From Picochlorum sp. SENEW3 (Eukaryota): a stretch of DNA of 64,000 nucleotides. The notes under the pieces are model-generated. The model saw only the letters and a program-made list of their open reading frames with translations, was not told where the DNA came from and searched no databases. A program made the translations under genes and the position numbers. Location of the stretch: the NCBI GenBank assembly GCA_034226945.1, contig CP120462.1, forward strand, positions 310,001-374,000, in the 5' to 3' direction. Positions 58,808 through 64,000 of this stretch are shown in pieces (positions within the stretch are counted from its first letter, which is position 1; every line of letters starts with the position of its first letter).

Positions 58808-60172
58808 TTATGAGGATGCATGGACAGCAGTGTCTTGTTGCTTGTGTCCCAAATGATTTGCGAGGAAGAGTTCCCCGGCTCTGTACGATGATCGAACCAT
58901 CGCTCCTGATGCACAGTATAAAAATCCCATATTTTCTGCTTCCTTCTTGTACTGCTCAAATGCCTCGGGTGTCACATACTCGGACACAGCCATGTGCTTC
59001 TTTGTTGGTCTCATGTACTGTCCAAGGGTAACAACATCAACGCCTGCAAAAACACATGCATCATTGACGCGCCGAAGATGATATTTAATGAGATAACAAG
59101 ACATACCATTTTCTCTCAATGTTCGCATTGTTGCAAGAACTTCCTCTGGCGTCTCACCACATCCAAGCATGATTGAACTCTTTGTCACTCGTGCTCCCAT
59201 GTCTTTTGCCATTCGAAGCACTGACATACTTTGATCCCACCCAGCCCGTCTATCACGCACTGCACCTTGGAGTCTCTCAACAGTCTCAATATTATGGGCA
59301 AACACATCCAATCCACTATCAACGATTTGCTGGACACAATCCTTTCTTCCCTGGAAGTCTGGCACCAGTGCCTCCACGAGGAGCCTGCCATCTGTATGGT
59401 TCTTCAACCCTTTAATAGTCTTTGCGATATGTTCCGCACCAAAGTCATCCAAATCGTCTCGATCGACCGATGTCAAAACAACATAATCAATGCCCCAAGC
59501 TGCTACAGCTTTCGCCGTATTCTCAGGCTCATCTGGATCCAAGGGGGGAGGAGCCCTTGACGTTTTGACAGCACAAAAGCGACAGCCTCGAGTACATGTA
59601 TCTCCCATGAGCATAATCGTTGCCGTTGCCGAAGCATCTTCACCGCCTCCCCAGCACTCGCCAATATTTGGGCATCGTGCTTCTTCACAAACAGTACTCA
59701 GTTTCAGCTCTCGCAGTTTGGACTTGATACGAGTATACTCGGCACCTCCTGGAACCTCACGCTTCAACCAGTCTGGCTTCCTCATCCTCTCTTTGGGCTT
59801 TGGAGCGTACACAGAATATCCTGCATCACCACTGCTCAGGATGAAATCATCAAGTCCAGGCCCTTTATCGAGTTTATCCCTGAAGGCGGATGCTCGACTT
59901 GGGGCATTGGTCGACATGGAACGAGAGCCGTTCGACTGGTCACCCATATCCTTCTGTCCACTTGTCGCGATGCCCTTCGTCGGGCTTCTTGCGGCTTCCT
60001 GATCAGTAATTTTACTACTTGTACTAAAATGTGATGAATATAGCTCCTGAAAGGAAGCAACAATGCTGCCATTCGTGAGTCTGGAGGACAGACCCGCTGA
60101 CCTGGTGGGTTGTTGTAGTAGTTCCTTCAGCATCTTCACCATTGTCCCATTATTCGTTCTCATCATGGCCAT
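58808..60172 (-). CDS. LIP1: Lipoyl synthase, mitochondrial; in-frame intron 59044-59106; start uncertain
   Basis: [12 protein letters not shown] and CTRGCRFC clusters; [25 protein letters not shown]. Confidence 0.95.
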   Translation of the reverse strand: MAMMRTNNGTMVKMLKELLQQPTRSAGLSSRLTNGSIVASFQELYSSHFSTSSKITDQEAARSPTKGIATSGQKDMGDQSNGSRSMSTNAPSRASAFRDKLDKGPGLDDFILSSGDAGYSVYAPKPKERMRKPDWLKREVPGGAEYTRIKSKLRELKLSTVCEEARCPNIGECWGGGEDASATATIMLMGDTCTRGCRFCAVKTSRAPPPLDPDEPENTAKAVAAWGIDYVVLTSVDRDDLDDFGAEHIAKTIKGLKNHTDGRLLVEALVPDFQGRKDCVQQIVDSGLDVFAHNIETVERLQGAVRDRRAGWDQSMSVLRMAKDMGARVTKSSIMLGCGETPEEVLATMRTLRENGMSCYLIKYHLRRVNDACVFAGVDVVTLGQYMRPTKKHMAVSEYVTPEAFEQYKKEAENMGFLYCASGAMVRSSYRAGELFLANHLGHKQQDTAVHASS

Positions 60173-60501
60173 GTTCCCTTGATACACCACTATTCCATCG
60201 GAAATACCTTGAAGTACGTTGGGCGCAGTAATCAGCGTTTGATGACATGAACATGGAGGAAAACCTCCTGATGGTCCGTATTTAAACATTAGTATGGGCA
60301 GTCTCTGATTGTGCTCGTATACAACAATTGGAGTTCTCTGTATGCAGTATATAAATTTGATGAAAATTGCCACTGAAATATAGGCATAGATTTGGTTTCA
60401 GGTCGTGTGGTACATGCCATGCACACATGCAGCGACTGTTGACGTGTCAGAAGTAGCGATTTAAGGATTTATTGCCGATAATACTTGATTAAGTTGATAC
60501 A

Positions 60502-62340
60502 ATGGCTGACTCGGTTCGACGTGTGCTGGAACAGATGGTTCCAGAGCTGGAGGAACTTGAACGAAGGGGCTATTTTTCCAGGGCTGAGATAAAATCCATC
60601 ATTCAAAAGCGTCAAGATTTTGAGTATGATTTGCAGCGACGAGCAGCACTGAAGAGTGACTTCATGCGCAGTATTGAGTATGAAAAGTCTTTGGAGAGGT
60701 TACGGGTGTTGAGGAAGAAGGAGAGAAATATTGTGGCTGATGACCGTGGGTCCTCAAAGTCATCCTCAGAGTACAGTATCGTCAGGAGAACTCATAGATT
60801 GTATGAGCGTATGGTCCGAAAGTTTAAAGGGGATTTGTCTCTGTGGAATGATTGGATACAGTTTTGTTCAGCGAGTAGAAGTGCAAGATACATGTCAAAA
60901 GCATTGACAAGAGCAATGCAGTTGCATCCAACATGCGCTGCAATTTGGACCTATGCTGCTGCCTGGGAATTTGAACATAATCATAATGCTACAATTGCTA
61001 GATCTCTAATGCAGCGGGGACTGAGAATGTGCAAAAATGATCCTGCCTTGTGGGCAGAGTATTTTAGGATGGAATTGCTGTATGCTGCAAGGCTTGGGGC
61101 ACGGCGCCAGGTGTTGGGTCTTGGCGATGCATCCCTTGATGAAGCGACAAAATCTTTGCTTTCCGGAGCTATCGCTAAAATTGTGTATGCGAACGCAATC
61201 GAGAGTCGTCCAGATGACTCTGCTATGAGAGTAAAGTTCCTAGATGTTCTTGCTCCTGTGCCAATCATGAACAAGAGTGGCTTGGAGGAATACATCACTG
61301 CGAATATTTTGGAAAACTTTGCTGATGATCCATACGTACTGTACACACTGTCTCTCAACAGATTTGAGAAAGTGCATCAACAAGGTGATGTTTCCTTGGA
61401 AGATGCTGCAGAACAAGCTATGGACATTTTCAACAATCTATATGATTCCAGCTGGCAAGACGTAGAACAAGAAAAGAAGGAAGAGATATATAAAGCTCAA
61501 GTTGATGTCTTGGAGAAAATTTTGGTCCAAGCAGTGGAGGACGAGGAATCACATGGCCAGTGCATAGAATATGTTTGTGATGAATGCATCAATCTTGGCA
61601 GGAAAGCTCGGGAAGATGGGGTGTTTCATGAAAGAATCATTACCTGTGTTGAAAGGGCGTATTTGAGAACTGGGCAATATCAAGAAGGTTTGAAGTATAT
61701 AGAGCAATCATCCTGTCTTGCGGGTGAGGTCCACAGGCAAAAGATACATTTGGAACTCTATCAGTCGCATGTCAGTCAGAAAAATTCGCAAGCAGATGAG
61801 CAATCTAAATTACTATTTGATGCAGACGCTTCAGTTTGGTTTGCCGCAATTGAATGCTGCAGCAGTGAAGAATCTCTGATATCCTTGGGAGATGGATTCA
61901 TATCATCTCAGCTAGCATCAGTTACTTGTGCAGAAGATTCTGACAGAGGAATCGTAGCTTCGTGCATCACTTCAAATCTCTGGTTGCGCATCGGTATAGA
62001 AAGCGCCAGAAAATTTTACACACAAGTGCTGAAGTGTCCGTTGCCAGGAGCAAACTTTATCACACATGTGGCACGCTTGGAACAGTCATTGCTCCACAGC
62101 AATTCATCGGATGCTTTATCAATAGATGCAGTGAGGCATATTTATACAAGTGGAACCAATATATATGGGTCCTCGTCAATCAAGTTATGGTTGGACTACT
62201 ATCTCTTTGAAGTCAGTCTCGGCAATCGTGGTAATTGTGGAATGGTTCATTGGAAGGCAAAGGAATCCTTGGATGATGCAGATGCTTTCATCACCGAATG
62301 CCACATGACTGTTGAAAACATGTCCCTCACAAAATGGTAA
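60502..62340 (+). CDS. UTP6: U3 snoRNP-associated protein 6 (HAT repeats)
   Basis: MADSVRRVLEQMVPELEEL..IIQKRQDFEY; AAAWEFE..ARSLMQRGLR..LWAEYFRMEL. Confidence 0.92.
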   Translation: MADSVRRVLEQMVPELEELERRGYFSRAEIKSIIQKRQDFEYDLQRRAALKSDFMRSIEYEKSLERLRVLRKKERNIVADDRGSSKSSSEYSIVRRTHRLYERMVRKFKGDLSLWNDWIQFCSASRSARYMSKALTRAMQLHPTCAAIWTYAAAWEFEHNHNATIARSLMQRGLRMCKNDPALWAEYFRMELLYAARLGARRQVLGLGDASLDEATKSLLSGAIAKIVYANAIESRPDDSAMRVKFLDVLAPVPIMNKSGLEEYITANILENFADDPYVLYTLSLNRFEKVHQQGDVSLEDAAEQAMDIFNNLYDSSWQDVEQEKKEEIYKAQVDVLEKILVQAVEDEESHGQCIEYVCDECINLGRKAREDGVFHERIITCVERAYLRTGQYQEGLKYIEQSSCLAGEVHRQKIHLELYQSHVSQKNSQADEQSKLLFDADASVWFAAIECCSSEESLISLGDGFISSQLASVTCAEDSDRGIVASCITSNLWLRIGIESARKFYTQVLKCPLPGANFITHVARLEQSLLHSNSSDALSIDAVRHIYTSGTNIYGSSSIKLWLDYYLFEVSLGNRGNCGMVHWKAKESLDDADAFITECHMTVENMSLTKW

Positions 62341-62362
62341 ACGCAATATTGTAATATCAAGG

Positions 62363-63088
62363 TCACAATTCTTCTTCCTTTTTCACATGTTCTGTCTTGA
62401 TGCCTGCTTGCTTCATTTTGGCCTCCACACTTGGGCTCCTTCTCCTTCTCCTCCTCCTGCTGCCGCTTCTACTCCTCCTTCTACTATATCTACGATATCT
62501 ATACTCATCATCGTCATATGACTCTCTATACCGTCTTCCTGATCTATGATCATCGTATCTATCGTATGAGCGACTTTGACTGTCTCTCCTTCTCCTTCTG
62601 CTCCTACCATCATCATAGCCATCATCTCTTCTTCTTCCTCTACCTCTATATTCAATGTCTCTTTCTCGATAGCCACCATCTTCCGGAGGCTCGTGTTTAA
62701 CCTCTTGCACAAAAGCCTTCGGAACTCCAGTCTCAGAAGAAGATGCATCAATCAACAGAGTCCACAGCTCTTTCACAAATACACCAGTGTTCTGCTCTAA
62801 AAACCCAGTCAATGATATATAAATTCTTCGAGGATCTAAAGTCTTCTTATTCTCCACCATATCGATGATAAAATTGATTAAAATGTCATCTTCCAAACCA
62901 CCTAGCAACTCCGTTGTTCTCTTTGCAATCCAGGGCTTTATTGACTCCCATTGTACCTTTGATAGGTCGACCTTTTTTCTAACTTCGAGAGGAAACTCTT
63001 TATTCAATGATTTAAGCTGTCGCTCCTCTTTGTTGGAAAATCGAGAATCCTGCTCTGCAGAAGTTCCCCGAAACTGCCCACCAGACAT
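62363..63088 (-). CDS. SRRM1: PWI-domain SR-related protein (SRm160-like)
   Basis: FRGTSAEQDSRFSNKE, IKPWIAKR..LLG..EDD, LTGFLE..FVKELW; RS/RD tail. Confidence 0.88.
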   Translation of the reverse strand: MSGGQFRGTSAEQDSRFSNKEERQLKSLNKEFPLEVRKKVDLSKVQWESIKPWIAKRTTELLGGLEDDILINFIIDMVENKKTLDPRRIYISLTGFLEQNTGVFVKELWTLLIDASSSETGVPKAFVQEVKHEPPEDGGYRERDIEYRGRGRRRDDGYDDGRSRRRRRDSQSRSYDRYDDHRSGRRYRESYDDDEYRYRRYSRRRSRSGSRRRRRRRSPSVEAKMKQAGIKTEHVKKEEEL

Positions 63089-63133
63089 TAGTTCCAACTC
63101 GTTCTTCTATGTACATAAATAAATAAACAATAT

Positions 63134-64000
63134 TTATATGTGCAGCTTGACGGACGCAATGTCACTTTGAGAAAAATCAATTCTCAAATTTAGCATCTGC
63201 CTGACATCAAGACTGGTGAGTTTCCATGCTATATTTGAATCTCCAATCAAGTCTGTCGCTTCTGCTGCGGTCTCTACACCCAAAACAGTTGCTATTTGCT
63301 GTAATCTAGAGAATTTGTCACGCATTGATACTGTGGTACTCTCAGAAAGACCGATGATGAGCGATCGCACATCCTTCTCCAACTGTAGGCCACCCAACTG
63401 GCTAAACTGTTTTTGTGCAACAGAGGCCTCCATTCGCGACACAATCTTATCGACCGACGATTCAACGACTTTATCATATAACTCGGGGGATAAAATGTTT
63501 TGTAACCAGGTGAATGCTTGCTCAAATGCCTGGATGAGGGACACACTCCACCCGTCATTGACTGCTTCGTCATCAGAGAGTTCGTAACTATTCGCTACGA
63601 ATGCATCGAGTATTGGTCGCAATTTCGACATGATTGATGTACTCAATTGCTCTGTCGCCTGCTCGGCCAATTTTTTCATATCAGCTGAGGTCTTGCTTAG
63701 ATCTGCCAGCACAAGTCGCACTCTTTCATAATCGTTGCTTGAAGATGCAAATACTCGCCCAGCAATGTCGTCCAACTGAGCCCGTAATTTATCAATATAC
63801 GATGCACTTAAATCTACATCATTCATGATGATGGCATACTTGTCTGCATTAGGATTGTATTTCTCTTGCTGTGAAGAGGGGGCACAGGATGCCAATTTTG
63901 AGGGACACCCTTGCAGCTTTTTCACCAAACTCGATCGGTACAATGAGGAAATGACAGTGTTAATCTGATTTAAGATTGCAACAGCAGAAGGAGCTCTACC
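63134..64000 (-). CDS. COG4: Conserved oligomeric Golgi complex subunit 4, 3' part
   Basis: FSQLGGLQLEKDVRSL, RDKFSRLQQIATVL, WKLT..VRQML.LRIDF. Confidence 0.88.
   Translation of the reverse strand, partial: GRAPSAVAILNQINTVISSLYRSSLVKKLQGCPSKLASCAPSSQQEKYNPNADKYAIIMNDVDLSASYIDKLRAQLDDIAGRVFASSSNDYERVRLVLADLSKTSADMKKLAEQATEQLSTSIMSKLRPILDAFVANSYELSDDEAVNDGWSVSLIQAFEQAFTWLQNILSPELYDKVVESSVDKIVSRMEASVAQKQFSQLGGLQLEKDVRSLIIGLSESTTVSMRDKFSRLQQIATVLGVETAAEATDLIGDSNIAWKLTSLDVRQMLNLRIDFSQSDIASVKLHI

Noticed and set aside
60173..60373. Extra 67 N-terminal codons of lipoyl synthase
   Set aside because: Not targeting-like and overlaps the likely divergent promoter region shared with UTP6; probably 5' UTR

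Overview
Gene-dense nuclear DNA from a small-genome green alga. The basis is short GT-AG introns, plastid-targeted RAF1, transketolase, PsbY, MENG and organellar Pol I, and intergenic gaps as short as about 10-50 bp. A Picochlorum-like trebouxiophyte is my inference and was not verified. About 39 protein-coding genes were reconstructed by hand, most of them housekeeping. No rRNA, tRNA or CRISPR was found. Highlights: (1) a protein-L-isoaspartate methyltransferase-like domain fused to a BTB/POZ domain (50012-51754), a candidate CUL3 receptor for damaged proteins analogous to animal PCMTD1-CUL5. (2) A 2.29-kb two-gene cassette (47574-49863) inserted between convergent genes, flanked by a 231-bp direct duplication with a 15-bp templated inversion at the junction. 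It carries a secreted FN3 protein with a bacterial-looking C-terminal domain. (3) A DEN-box plus D-box protein that may be a chlorophyte securin/PATRONUS. (4) A four-unit PsbY polyprotein. (5) A minimal kinesin ending in a transmembrane helix. (6) An orphan Cys-rich ORF whose frame continues past a CxxTGA into an HExxH motif. (7) A compensating +1/-1 frameshift pair in a zf-HIT finger. (8) Strongly structured long introns and several possible bicistronic gene pairs. All family assignments come from recalled motifs, not database searches.
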